Source of the DNA: Candidatus Woesearchaeota archaeon
GTDB taxonomy: Archaea > Nanobdellota > Nanobdellia > Woesearchaeales > GW2011-AR4
Reading direction: 5' to 3'
Assembly: GCA_016188245.1 (NCBI GenBank)
Contig: JACPIE010000038.1
Location: 30,939-94,938 of the forward strand
DNA length: 64,000 nt
Shown: positions 9,994-19,696 of the stretch, piece after piece
Position numbering within the stretch: position 1 is the first letter of the stretch
How the letters are laid out: each line of letters opens with the position of its first letter
Translations under genes and position numbers: made by a program
Notes under the pieces: model-generated
What the model was told of the DNA's origin: nothing
What the model saw: only the letters and a program-made list of their open reading frames with translations
The model's database searches: none

Positions 9994-10158
9994 TATACCG
10001 AATGGAATATATACTATTAATATAAAAACATTCCGATTTGTTGTTTTATACTTTTTGGTATATACTTTTTAAAATTATATTCTGTTTAGTAGAGAAGTAA
10101 TATTTAAAGCTTGTGATTTGATAATTTATACTAATTGGTATATATATTTTTTGGTATA
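9994..10158. promoter_or_regulatory. Array of four 16-bp imperfect palindromes TATAC-N6-GTATA; candidate operators
   Basis: 9994-10009 TATACCGAATGGAATA, 10047-10062 TATACTTTTTGGTATA, 10127-10142 TATACTAATTGGTATA, 10143-10158 TATATTTTTTGGTATA. Confidence 0.6.
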
Positions 10159-10353
10159 ATCATTATTTGAGCACCCGAATGAGTTTAATAATTGCTATCA
10201 ATTTAAACTTTCCATATAGAAAATAAATTTGTTTTGCTCTATAAACCGAAAGATTTAAATATAAGTGTTATCATGTATAAGTAGTAACATATTAGATATA
10301 ATTGCAATAAAATATTTAAACAATAAAAACAAACAAAAGAGTGAACAAAGAAA

Positions 10354-11073
10354 ATGGGAAGAATCTGGAATTCAATTAGGGCTGCCGCAAGTAAAAAATG
10401 GAAAGAGGATAAGAAAGAAGTTAGGGAAGTATTAGGTGCCTTAAGAGGCAGAAAAGTACCTGAAGTTATAAAAGATAAATGGTATGGGGATATCAGGGCA
10501 ACAGGGAGATTTGGAAGAGATTATCTTGGAGAAGAGCCTAGATATGATACGGAAATCTTATCAGCATTGTCTCCAGATTTTTATGTAGCAAGCAAAGGCA
10601 GAAGGCTTGAAGATTATACTTTTGAAGTAGCTCCTCCATTTCAAATTCCAGTATATGCAAAGAAAGGCATGCAATTGCAAGATGCAGTTGCTATAGCATT
10701 AAAGGAATTGACAGATAAAGACAAAATACCAAACTTGGAAGATTTGGCAAACAGAGGAATTGTAGAAAAAATTTTATATCAAGCTAGCGGTGGACAAGAT
10801 GTTGCAGCTGAAGCTGGTATAGGATATAGTTTAAGATCCATATTTGCATCTGCAAGAAATGATTTGAGTCGTACTGGAGCGGTTAAACCAACTAAGGGAC
10901 CAGAAGCCAAGGCAACAGGAAAAGGGTACATGGTAACTATAACACCCATGATACTTAAAGATGTATCGGGTTATGCCGGAGGGTCTACAGGCCCTACAGG
11001 TGCATCGATACCTTTAACTTTTGACCCATCCTCAGGATACCATATACCATCTGGCGGCCCTGGCTCTCCATAA
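10354..11073 (+). CDS. Hypothetical protein
   Basis: 239-aa ORF divergent from the ATPase operon, followed by a T-rich tract. Confidence 0.75.
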   Translation: MGRIWNSIRAAASKKWKEDKKEVREVLGALRGRKVPEVIKDKWYGDIRATGRFGRDYLGEEPRYDTEILSALSPDFYVASKGRRLEDYTFEVAPPFQIPVYAKKGMQLQDAVAIALKELTDKDKIPNLEDLANRGIVEKILYQASGGQDVAAEAGIGYSLRSIFASARNDLSRTGAVKPTKGPEAKATGKGYMVTITPMILKDVSGYAGGSTGPTGASIPLTFDPSSGYHIPSGGPGSP

Positions 11074-11076
11074 AAC

Positions 11077-11103
11077 TTTTTTCTTTTTTTTATAATATTT
11101 TTA
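11077..11103 (+). terminator. Oligo-T archaeal terminator candidate
   Basis: cttttttcttttttttataatattttt directly after the stop at 11073. Confidence 0.45.
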
Positions 11104-11117
11104 TAATATCCTCCATC

Positions 11118-11507
11118 TCAATACCTCTCAACCCTTAACCCTTCTATTCTCTCAAAATGTTTGTCTCTTGTCAGAACTTTCCTGTTGTTTTTGATTGCAA
11201 TGCCTGCTATCATGGAATCTTCCGTGTCAATTTCTAACCCTTTTTTCATCAGTTTTCCGTCTATTGCGCCTGCGATTTTTGCGCTTTCCCCATCAAGAGG
11301 ATATACAATAAATCCCTTTAAAAAGGAAGTCAATTTTTGCTCCTCTTTTTCAACTTTGCCAAATTGGATTAACCCCCCGTACAATTCAAAAACTGTTGGT
11401 GATGCCAGCTCAACAGGAATGTTTTCGTCTATCAAGCCTTTCATTTTAGCTTTTGCATCTTCCCTGCCTTTAAGAAAATCTATTGCAAATGTTGTTTCTA
11501 AAATCAT
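11118..11507 (-). CDS. vapC: VapC-family PIN-domain toxin
   Basis: ILETTFAID...FELYGG...DSMIAGIA...LTRDKHF PIN motifs (first acidic residue is Glu). Confidence 0.9.
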   Translation of the reverse strand: MILETTFAIDFLKGREDAKAKMKGLIDENIPVELASPTVFELYGGLIQFGKVEKEEQKLTSFLKGFIVYPLDGESAKIAGAIDGKLMKKGLEIDTEDSMIAGIAIKNNRKVLTRDKHFERIEGLRVERY

Positions 11508-11737
11508 TTCATCATCTCTCTTATTTTGTTAGAGCGTTCTCGGCTGGCTTTGCGCCTTTCTTTTATGTATTGTGTAAGCTTTTCTCCCTCTTCTTCGCTA
11601 AGAATCCCGGCAAATTCCATAATTGACCTTTTGCCGGCGATCCTGTTTATCACGTCTGTAAAGCTTTCCTTAGGCTCTTTTTGTATTTTAAGCCTTTCAT
11701 AAGCCTCCTCAGTTATAGATATTGTTTTTGTCGCCAT
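11504..11737 (-). CDS. vapB: VapB-family antitoxin (DUF217/RHH type)
   Basis: MATKTISITEEAYERL...ESFTDVINR; 4-nt overlap with vapC. Confidence 0.9.
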   Translation of the reverse strand: MATKTISITEEAYERLKIQKEPKESFTDVINRIAGKRSIMEFAGILSEEEGEKLTQYIKERRKASRERSNKIREMMK

Positions 11738-11868
11738 AATCTGTGTATGTATATGTATTTAATATTTAAATCTTTCTAAAATTTGTAACTACTCTAAAAT
11801 AATAAAAAATCAAAAACTTTATAAACCGTCGCCTATTATCCTACTTAGTAGCGCTTAACGCAACCAAA

Positions 11869-12012
11869 ATGAAGCAAAAAATCAGCATCACAATTGACGA
11901 GAAATCAATTTTAGATATTCTAAAGAATGTTGAAAGCGGCAAGTTTCGCAGCAAAAGCCACTTTGTAGAGTTTGCAGTAAAAAAGCTGCTTGAGGTGGAA
12001 AATGGCAGATGA
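11869..12012 (+). CDS. Ribbon-helix-helix (CopG/Arc-like) small protein, absent from the ORF track
   Basis: Translated by hand: MKQKISITIDEKSILDILKNVESGKFRSKSHFVEFAVKKLLEVENGR (47 aa). TATA at ~11818 and palindrome CTACTTAGTAG at 11841-11851. Confidence 0.8.
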   Translation: MKQKISITIDEKSILDILKNVESGKFRSKSHFVEFAVKKLLEVENGR

Positions 12013-12901
12013 GCATGGGCGGCAACAGGCACAGCCTGCTGAAAAGAAAGGCCCATCTAAATTCGAGGTAATAGTAAATGAATATGTAAAACAAATTGCC
12101 ATTCCTGTCGCAATAGGAGGAGTAGTAGCTGCTGCGCACAAAGTAGCGACATTATTTGGCTCAATTCCCGCAGCTGCTTCTGCAATTGGAGCTACACTTG
12201 AGCAGATTGTAAGCAAAGGAAATATAGACATCTCAACCGGAAGATTACTAAGTGAGACAGCAACTGGAGCAGCAGTTGGAAGCGCAGCTTATGCAGGTCT
12301 TCAAGCAGTCAACGGCATTCCAAAGGTTTTTGGGCTTGAACATGCTGTTGCAAATGTACTTGGTTATGTGATTCCAGTCAGCACTTTTGCTGTTGGAACT
12401 GCAACACTGGGAATTTTAGCGCCAGCAGCAGTCGCTCTTTATTACTCCGTCAGTCATTTATTCAATAATAACTTTAAATTTGAAGGAATGGGTAAGGATT
12501 TCAAGGAGCACTATCTGAAAGGATTGGCAAGAACAATGCCATTAAACATATTATCTTCTCTTGGAGTTGCGGCGCTTTATGCAGGATATACATTAACTCC
12601 TTACATTGCAATTCCTGCTGCTCTTGGACTTGGGGCATTATACAGGCTTGCATTGTCAAGAGAAAAAATAAATTATTTTTATTTGAAATTAGCTACTTTA
12701 CCTGTATGGGGCCCTATCGTTGGAGCATCTCATCTGATTGCAGGAGCAGTTACAACAGCGTATGAAGCCGTAAAAGGAGCCATTTATCAAGGCTTATCAA
12801 TACTTAATCATGCCCGTGTAGGTATCCATGATTTGGGGTTCGCAACCCACATGGCAATGATGGGAGCTGTTCCTGCACCGGCAGCAAAGAAAGGGCATTA
12901 A
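12002..12901 (+). CDS. Ala/Gly-rich hypothetical membrane protein
   Basis: ATG 12002 after a GAGGTGG SD; multiple hydrophobic segments. Confidence 0.75.
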   Translation: MADEHGRQQAQPAEKKGPSKFEVIVNEYVKQIAIPVAIGGVVAAAHKVATLFGSIPAAASAIGATLEQIVSKGNIDISTGRLLSETATGAAVGSAAYAGLQAVNGIPKVFGLEHAVANVLGYVIPVSTFAVGTATLGILAPAAVALYYSVSHLFNNNFKFEGMGKDFKEHYLKGLARTMPLNILSSLGVAALYAGYTLTPYIAIPAALGLGALYRLALSREKINYFYLKLATLPVWGPIVGASHLIAGAVTTAYEAVKGAIYQGLSILNHARVGIHDLGFATHMAMMGAVPAPAAKKGH

Positions 12902-13056
12902 TCCTTATGCATAGCTTCAGCCAAAAATAGTCAGAAATCCACCCAAACACCCATCAAGAAAGCCACAAGCAGGTTTCCTTCATAACTATGCTGCAAAAGG
13001 AAGCTCTCGTTTTTTAATTTAATCAATGAACTGAATTATAATTAATTTAAAAAATT

Positions 13057-13572
13057 CTATTTTCTTAAAGCTTTTATTATCTCCCTGCAGAATGCAGGCA
13101 AATCATCCGGCTTTCTTGAAGTGATTATGTTGCCGTCAACAACAACCTCTTCATCTGAATATCTTGCGCCGGCATTCATCACATCGTCTTTTATCGCGCT
13201 TACACAGGTTAATTTCTTTCCTTTCAGTATGCCTGCGCTGACCAAAACCCATGGGCCGTGGCAGATTGCAGCAACAATCTTTCCGGCGGAATGCATTTCC
13301 TTTACGAAATCAAGAACCTCCTTGTGCCTTCTTAATTTATCGGGAGCAAACCCTCCCGGCACGATAACAGCATCAAAATCTTTTGCCTTGTAATTTGTAG
13401 CATCTCCATCCACTTCAAGCGGATAGCCGTTCTTGCCCTTGTAAGTTTTGTCTCCGGTGCCTGCAACAACAACCTTTGCGCCTTCTTCCGCAAGCCTCAG
13501 CTTTGGGTACCAGAGCTCCAAATCTTCGTAAATGTTTTCCGCAAAAATCATAACTTTTTTGTTGTTTAGCAT
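13057..13572 (-). CDS. pfpI: PfpI/DJ-1 family protease/deglycase
   Basis: YEDLELWYP, VPGG, AAICHGP nucleophile elbow. Confidence 0.95.
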   Translation of the reverse strand: MLNNKKVMIFAENIYEDLELWYPKLRLAEEGAKVVVAGTGDKTYKGKNGYPLEVDGDATNYKAKDFDAVIVPGGFAPDKLRRHKEVLDFVKEMHSAGKIVAAICHGPWVLVSAGILKGKKLTCVSAIKDDVMNAGARYSDEEVVVDGNIITSRKPDDLPAFCREIIKALRK

Positions 13573-13607
13573 ATTAAATGAGATATTTTTGCTGTTTATT
13601 TATTTTT

Positions 13608-14552
13608 CTAGTGTGTCCAGTCAAGCACAGCGCCTTTTCCGCCTGTTATCCATTTGTAGCATTCAAGTGCAGCCTTTGCGCCTTCGCCTGCCGCAATGAC
13701 AGTCTGCTTGAACGGAACCGGAGTTATGTCGCCGCATGCAAAAATACCGGGACAGGAAGTGTTCCCCCTTTCATCGACAATTATCTCTTTCTTTTCATTG
13801 ACCTTGACAAGGTGCTGCACAAAATTTGTGTCCACAACATACCCTATTTCAATGAAAATGCCGTCAACTTTCAGCTCTTTCCTATCTTTTGTCACAATAT
13901 CTTCAACTTCAATGCCATCAACATTTTTCCCCCCTATGACTTTAGTTGAAACGCTGTTTAATACCAGCTCGATATTTGGGCTGTTTTTGAGCTTTTCAAC
14001 AGTTATCTCGTCTGCCCTGAATGAGTCTCTCCTGTGGACAAGATAAACCTTTCTTGCGATTGTTGCAAGCTCCAAAGTGCCTTCTATAGCAGAATTTCCG
14101 CCTCCAATCACGCAAACATCCCTGTTCTTGTACAGCGGCGCATCGCAGGTCACGCAAGTCGAAACCCCCCTGCCCATAAATCTTTCTTCGCCTTCAATCC
14201 CAAGTGATTTAGGAACTTTCCCATAGGCAAGAATGAGGGATTTGCATTCATATTCCTCGCCGTTTGCCAGCCCAATCCTGAACCCATCTTCTGTCTTTTC
14301 AGACTTAACCGCCTTGCCCATTATTATTTCGGCGCCAAAGCCGACAGCTTCGTCCTGGAATCTCCTCATGAGCTCGATTCCGCTCATTGGGCCTGTGCCG
14401 GGGTAGTTTTCAATGTGGCTTGTAAGGTTAGTCTGCCCGCCGACATCAATGCTCAAAATTGCAGTCCTTAATTTCTTCCTGCAGGTGTAGATGGCTGCCG
14501 TCATTCCGGCTGCGCCCGCTCCTATAATTATGACGTCGTGCATGAGAACCAT
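13608..14552 (-). CDS. trxB: Thioredoxin-disulfide reductase
   Basis: GAGAAG, CVTCD, GGGNSA, HRRD, GD motifs. Confidence 0.95.
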   Translation of the reverse strand: MVLMHDVIIIGAGAAGMTAAIYTCRKKLRTAILSIDVGGQTNLTSHIENYPGTGPMSGIELMRRFQDEAVGFGAEIIMGKAVKSEKTEDGFRIGLANGEEYECKSLILAYGKVPKSLGIEGEERFMGRGVSTCVTCDAPLYKNRDVCVIGGGNSAIEGTLELATIARKVYLVHRRDSFRADEITVEKLKNSPNIELVLNSVSTKVIGGKNVDGIEVEDIVTKDRKELKVDGIFIEIGYVVDTNFVQHLVKVNEKKEIIVDERGNTSCPGIFACGDITPVPFKQTVIAAGEGAKAALECYKWITGGKGAVLDWTH

Positions 14553-14643
14553 GTTTTAGGATAAATGCGGATTTTAAAAATGTTATGTTGTTTACAAATT
14601 TAAAAAGAAAAATTTTATATATCCTCCTCTGTATTCGGGCAGT

Positions 14644-15033
14644 ATGCTGGTGAAAGACTGCACTTTGATAAAGCCATTGTATTGCAAAAAGGAAGCAAAT
14701 CTGGTTGAAGTAGCTAAGCTTCTTAGGCAAAACAAGCAAAGAAGAATCACAGTTATAGACGAAAATGAATTTCCTGTCGGGATAATATCAACAACTGACA
14801 TCAACAACAAGGTTGTGGCGGAGAACAAGAATGCGTCAGAACTCAAAGCAGAATCCATAATGACTTCCCCGATTTACCTCACCTGCGACATTAACGATAA
14901 GCTAAATGACATATTCAACAGGATGCTGAAGCATGAATCATTCTTTTGTCCTGTGACCAAGGAAGGAAAATTGTATGGAGTCATAACATATGGGGAACTG
15001 ACAAGCCATATAAATCAAAAAGTGAAAAAATGA
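14644..15033 (+). CDS. CBS-domain pair protein
   Basis: PVGIISTTDI and LYGVITYGEL CBS motifs. Confidence 0.9.
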   Translation: MLVKDCTLIKPLYCKKEANLVEVAKLLRQNKQRRITVIDENEFPVGIISTTDINNKVVAENKNASELKAESIMTSPIYLTCDINDKLNDIFNRMLKHESFFCPVTKEGKLYGVITYGELTSHINQKVKK

Positions 15034-15782
15034 TAGCTAAATTTTTGCTGGAGGCCGGCAAAAGAGCGGCATTGGCTGGCTTGGCGGAACGTGCTACCAA
15101 ATTGTATACTGCAGTAAGGCATGGAGGAAAAAAATTCTTTGACAGGATTGGCGATTATGCTGTGAAAAGGGCTGATGGAACACAATACACTTTGGGGGAA
15201 ATGGCAGCTCATCACGGCTTGGAGTCATACCTTGAAGATTCCAAGCAGGCCATGCAGCAAAAATTTAAGGACTACCTAATCCGCCTAAACAAATTTATAG
15301 GATACATCCAGAATTTAGGGCAAATTGCCAACCATAAACTGGAAGATTACAAAATTAATGTTTATGTGGCTGCAAGAGGCGCATTTGACGAATTGTCCAA
15401 GCTTGCAGGCTACACTCCCAAAGTCAAGATAGGGAAGTATGGCTATTTGACTGACTTTTCCACCGCATACATGGACGCAATAGGGGATATAAACAAGAGG
15501 CTTGAAAGATTACTGAGTATGGGTTCTGCATTGGATAGCGCAAGACTGGCTTATCACGGATTTAGCATAGCTTTGAGAAATTTGGAACAAAAAGCCATTG
15601 AGAAAAAAAGGATTATTTCAGCAGGCCTCGAGAAAATTGTAAGCGCTCCGCTTGATTTCGACCAAGCAAGAAAAGCAACAAAACCGGTTTTCAGGATGTA
15701 TGGTGACTTGGTAAGGGAAATCAAGGCAAGCTACGCAGCGGATTTGGATAGAGGGATATATCTGGCACGTTCACCTGCTTAA
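15030..15782 (+). CDS. Hypothetical helical protein
   Basis: ATGA overlap with the CBS gene; about 250 aa. Confidence 0.7.
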   Translation: MIAKFLLEAGKRAALAGLAERATKLYTAVRHGGKKFFDRIGDYAVKRADGTQYTLGEMAAHHGLESYLEDSKQAMQQKFKDYLIRLNKFIGYIQNLGQIANHKLEDYKINVYVAARGAFDELSKLAGYTPKVKIGKYGYLTDFSTAYMDAIGDINKRLERLLSMGSALDSARLAYHGFSIALRNLEQKAIEKKRIISAGLEKIVSAPLDFDQARKATKPVFRMYGDLVREIKASYAADLDRGIYLARSPA

Positions 15783-15783
15783 T

Positions 15784-17280
15784 TTATTTCCACTCCCTCA
15801 TCATTTCCATAAGCAGCCTTACAGTAGCCCCTGTCGCCCCTTTTGTTAAAATCCCTTTGTCAACTTTTGACCATACTGTCGTGCCTATGTCTATGTGCGC
15901 CCAAGGAATATCGCCAACAAAATTCTTGAGGAACATTGAAGCGGTTATCACCCCTGCTTCGCCTTCATCTCCGATGTGCTTCACATCAGCCACATCGCTT
16001 TTCAGGCTGTCTTCATATTCCTGCCAAAGCGGAAGCTCCCATAATTTTTCAAGGCTTTTTGCAGAAGCATTGTTCAGCCTTTTCCTTAAGCTTTCATCTG
16101 TGCATACAAATGGCGTGCCGGCATACCCCAAAACAATCAAGCTTGCCCCTGTCAAAGTTGCAATGTCTATGATTGCCTGAGGCTTCTTCTCGGCAGCATA
16201 GCTCAATGCATCGGCCAAAATCAGCCTGCCTTCCGCATCAGTGTTTTTTATTTCAACTGTTGTCCCGTTATATGCCTTTAAAACATCGTCCGGCCTGAAA
16301 GAAGTCCCGCTTGGCATGTTCTCGCACAATGGAGTTATCACGATTATGTTTACAGCCAGCCTTAATCTGGCGCAGGCTTCAATGATATGCATCGCTGCAA
16401 CAGCCCCTCCTTTGTCGTCCTTCATGTTTAAGATGTAAGGATAAGGCTTCAGGTTCAATCCTCCACTGTCAAAAGTGACGCCTTTGCCGACTATGGCAAT
16501 CGGCTTTTGCGTTTTGGCAGCCCCATAATATTCAAGCACTATCATTCTTGGCTTGTTGATGCTGCCTTGGGAAACTCCAATAAAGCAGCCCATTTTCATG
16601 CTTTCAATCTGCTTTTCGTCAAATATGGTACATTTCAAATTTGATTTTTTTGCAATTTCTTTGGCATAACCTGCAACATATTCAGGAGTTGCAACATTTG
16701 GCGGAGTATTAATCAAATCTCTTGTTTTGTTGACTGCATCAGCCACAGCAGAGGCATATTTTATTTCATTATCGAAAGTTTTCCCTGAATTTGAGATGAT
16801 TGTGGCCTGCCTTATTTTTTTTATTTTGTCCTTGTCCTTTGTTTTGTACTCTGTAAACTGGTAAACCCCCATCAAAATGCCCAATGCCGCCTTTTCAACA
16901 CAATCTTCCTCCCTGAATCTGCCTTTGAATGATTCCAGGAAAATACTGAAGTTTTCAGTTTTGCTGTCCCTCATCCTTTTTGATGCATCTGCTATTGTGT
17001 TAGAAAGAACATCCAGGCCGTATTTTTCCTCTTCGCCCAATCCTACCAAAACAATGTTTTTTATTCCCTTATTTGCGTAAATGCTTTTTATTTCGCCCTT
17101 ATCGCCCTTGAAGCTGTTGCCCTTAATGTATGAGCTGACGGCATTTCCGTATTCTTTGTCCAATTCCGACAATTCTGCGTTTAATCCAGTCTTGTCTTTG
17201 AAAAACCCTATCAGCAAAGCGCTGTCCTTGGCTTTGGCTAAGCCTACCTTTGCAGTTATCACAGAAGCAGTTTGGTTCAT
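15784..17280 (-). CDS. pepA: Leucyl aminopeptidase (M17)
   Basis: VGKGVTFDSGG, NTDAEGRL, DIATLTGA. Confidence 0.97.
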   Translation of the reverse strand: MNQTASVITAKVGLAKAKDSALLIGFFKDKTGLNAELSELDKEYGNAVSSYIKGNSFKGDKGEIKSIYANKGIKNIVLVGLGEEEKYGLDVLSNTIADASKRMRDSKTENFSIFLESFKGRFREEDCVEKAALGILMGVYQFTEYKTKDKDKIKKIRQATIISNSGKTFDNEIKYASAVADAVNKTRDLINTPPNVATPEYVAGYAKEIAKKSNLKCTIFDEKQIESMKMGCFIGVSQGSINKPRMIVLEYYGAAKTQKPIAIVGKGVTFDSGGLNLKPYPYILNMKDDKGGAVAAMHIIEACARLRLAVNIIVITPLCENMPSGTSFRPDDVLKAYNGTTVEIKNTDAEGRLILADALSYAAEKKPQAIIDIATLTGASLIVLGYAGTPFVCTDESLRKRLNNASAKSLEKLWELPLWQEYEDSLKSDVADVKHIGDEGEAGVITASMFLKNFVGDIPWAHIDIGTTVWSKVDKGILTKGATGATVRLLMEMMREWK

Positions 17281-17312
17281 AAAAATTGAAATTGAAAGGT
17301 GGTTTATTAATC

Positions 17313-18794
17313 TTATGAATTGCCGAGAATCATCTCAACTCCAACGGCATACAAGGCTGCGAAATATCCGAAATTAAGATAACTGTCGGCAAAGTACAGC
17401 AAAGTTTTCTCAGCAGCCTGCCTGTATTCTTCCTCTTTGGCAATGGAATGCAGCCTTAAAAAAACAACTGCGCAAAAAGAATTGTCCAGGAATTGCCTGC
17501 TTCTCTGATTCAAAGTTCCAAAATCTCCTTTCTCGATTATCCTGTCAAAAAACCCCCCATTTTTAACATCATAAAAACTTTCCAGTATAAATCCGGCAAG
17601 CTCCTTCATTGTGCCGAGGTATTTTTGATTTTTATTTATGGCGTAAATATCAACAAGGCAGTTTAAAAAATGAATATTGTCGGCTAATAAGCCGCGGATA
17701 TGGGGTTCTCCGTCATAATAATGGGACATTCCTTTGCCCTTGTCATAGCATTTCTCAAGTATGAAATCTGCAGTTTTTACCGCAAAATCAGTTATTTTGC
17801 CGTCATTCAGCACAACCCCTGTTTTTATGTAAGAGGAGATCATCATTGCATTCCAGTCCACATAAATTGTCCTGTCAACATGCGGATAGCCTTTTCTTTT
17901 TCTTTCATCGGCATTTAAATGATAAAACTCCTCGTCAGCATCCTGCGAGCCGTAAAATCCGCCGCCATTTTGGTCGGATAGGAACTTATTGATGTAGCTG
18001 ATTGTCTCGACTGCAGTTTCCCTATACTTTTCATCCCCGGTTATATCAAAAGCATCAGCATAATTTCTCAGCAATCCGGCATTTGTGTCCAGCATTTTTT
18101 CGTAATGGGGGATCTTCCAGTCTTGCGATACAGAATACCGAAAAAAGCCAAAATCAACATTGTCATAAATGCCGTTTCGCATTTCATCAAGCGTCTTAAT
18201 GGCCATTTCAAGGCATTTTTTGGATTTTGTTTTTTTGTACTGGAGGAACAGCAGGTCAACAACATCGGGGGATGGAAATTTTGGCTGCGCCCCAAATCCG
18301 CCGTAAAAGCTGTCAAAACTGCCCTCTACCAGCAGCAGGATCTCTTTTACAGCATCCTCGCTTATTTTTGCTTTGCTTGCATACTCTCCTTTTATTATTT
18401 TTTCAGCAGCTTCTGAAATCTTTTGCTTAATTTCCTCTTTCCTTTTTTTGTATTCTTCCTTCACAGATTTCAGCATGGCTTTCAGCCTTTCAGGAGGCAC
18501 ATATGTTTCGCCTGCAATTATGCAGCCGTCCGGATTTAGGAAGACAGTTGAAGGAAACCCCCCCATGTTGTACCTTTCCTTTATATCCGGCCTTTTGTCA
18601 ATGTCCACCTTGACTGGCACAAAATCTTTGCTTATGGCTTCTGCAATATCATCGTCGGAATAAGAGCCCGCATCCATCACATGGCACCAGTGGCACCATA
18701 CAGCCGTCAAATCCAGCAGGATTGGCTTGTCTTCTTTTCTTGCCTTTTCAAAAGCTGATTTGCCCCATTCCAGCCAGTTTATTTTGGTTTTCAT
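17313..18794 (-). CDS. Thioredoxin-domain protein YyaL/SSP411 (DUF255)
   Basis: INWLEW, WCHWCHVM, PKFP, PHYEKML. Confidence 0.93.
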   Translation of the reverse strand: MKTKINWLEWGKSAFEKARKEDKPILLDLTAVWCHWCHVMDAGSYSDDDIAEAISKDFVPVKVDIDKRPDIKERYNMGGFPSTVFLNPDGCIIAGETYVPPERLKAMLKSVKEEYKKRKEEIKQKISEAAEKIIKGEYASKAKISEDAVKEILLLVEGSFDSFYGGFGAQPKFPSPDVVDLLFLQYKKTKSKKCLEMAIKTLDEMRNGIYDNVDFGFFRYSVSQDWKIPHYEKMLDTNAGLLRNYADAFDITGDEKYRETAVETISYINKFLSDQNGGGFYGSQDADEEFYHLNADERKRKGYPHVDRTIYVDWNAMMISSYIKTGVVLNDGKITDFAVKTADFILEKCYDKGKGMSHYYDGEPHIRGLLADNIHFLNCLVDIYAINKNQKYLGTMKELAGFILESFYDVKNGGFFDRIIEKGDFGTLNQRSRQFLDNSFCAVVFLRLHSIAKEEEYRQAAEKTLLYFADSYLNFGYFAALYAVGVEMILGNS

Positions 18795-19196
18795 TTATTG
18801 CTCAAGACTGATTATGCCCCTTCTGCCTGCAAAACCTTCATCTATTTCGTGCCATGCCCTTATCTTGGATTCTCCAAGCCTCCAGCACAGGAAAATGTCC
18901 CTTCCCTCAAATTTGCAGTAAAAATCCACAAGCCCCTGCTCCAGGTCCTTGAGCAAGCAGCCTATCCTCTCAAAATTTTCCATCTCATTGTAGAATTCGT
19001 AAGACAGCTTGTGATAATCCTTGTTGAGCTTTGTGCTCATCTCAAGAAAATCGTCATAGCCTATCTCGTCCGGATTAGCCCTTACTGAAAGTATGGAGCC
19101 GATTGCCCTTTTCAGCCCCTGAAGCTTTGCTATTGATTTTTTTATTTCAGGCAGCTTTGCCTGCGCGGCCTCTGCTGTAAAATACTTTTTCGCCAT
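18795..19196 (-). CDS. DUF2203 family protein
   Basis: KYFTAEAA...LKDLEQGLVDF...LCWRLGE...WH...GFAGR. Confidence 0.9.
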   Translation of the reverse strand: MAKKYFTAEAAQAKLPEIKKSIAKLQGLKRAIGSILSVRANPDEIGYDDFLEMSTKLNKDYHKLSYEFYNEMENFERIGCLLKDLEQGLVDFYCKFEGRDIFLCWRLGESKIRAWHEIDEGFAGRRGIISLEQ

Positions 19197-19257
19197 GATG
19201 GCCGGCACATTCCGAAGTTTATAATCCTTTTGGTGGCAAAAGCATACCTTTATATAC

Positions 19258-19277
19258 AAGTTAGGCTAACCTAACTT
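19258..19277. promoter_or_regulatory. DtxR/MntR-type operator palindrome AAGTTAGG-CTAA-CCTAACTT
   Basis: Perfect 8-bp arms lying between TATA TTTATATA (19249-19256) and ATG 19280; resembles DtxR/SirR boxes. Confidence 0.8.
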
Positions 19278-19279
19278 TT

Positions 19280-19678
19280 ATGTTTACGGCAAGCAGGGAA
19301 GACTACCTGAGGGGGATTTATATACTTGAAGAAGAGAAAGGCAGGATAAAATCAATTGACCTGGCGCATTACCTGAAAGTTTCAAAGCCGAGCGTTTCAG
19401 AGATGGTCAGGGAGCTTGGCAGGGAAGGCCTCGTGTCTCATAAAAAATACTCAAGCCTGAATTTCACCCCAAAAGGAAGGCAAATCGCAAAAAAGCTGAC
19501 ATCGAAGCACAGATTGATAGAGCTTTTTTTGAAAGATATGCTGAAAATAAAATCCAGGAAAGTGCATGAGGAGGCCCATAGGCTTGAGCACGCTTTCAGC
19601 GACGAGTCAATAGGGAGAATAAGAAAACTGCTCCACAATCCGAAAAAAGACCCTCACGGGAAGCCGATACCCCAGTAA
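19280..19678 (+). CDS. mntR: DtxR/MntR family metal-dependent regulator
   Basis: EDYLRGIY, PSVSEM, KHRLIELFL, EAHRLEH, DPHGKPIP. Confidence 0.92.
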   Translation: MFTASREDYLRGIYILEEEKGRIKSIDLAHYLKVSKPSVSEMVRELGREGLVSHKKYSSLNFTPKGRQIAKKLTSKHRLIELFLKDMLKIKSRKVHEEAHRLEHAFSDESIGRIRKLLHNPKKDPHGKPIPQ

Positions 19679-19696
19679 TTCTATACCGCATCAAAA

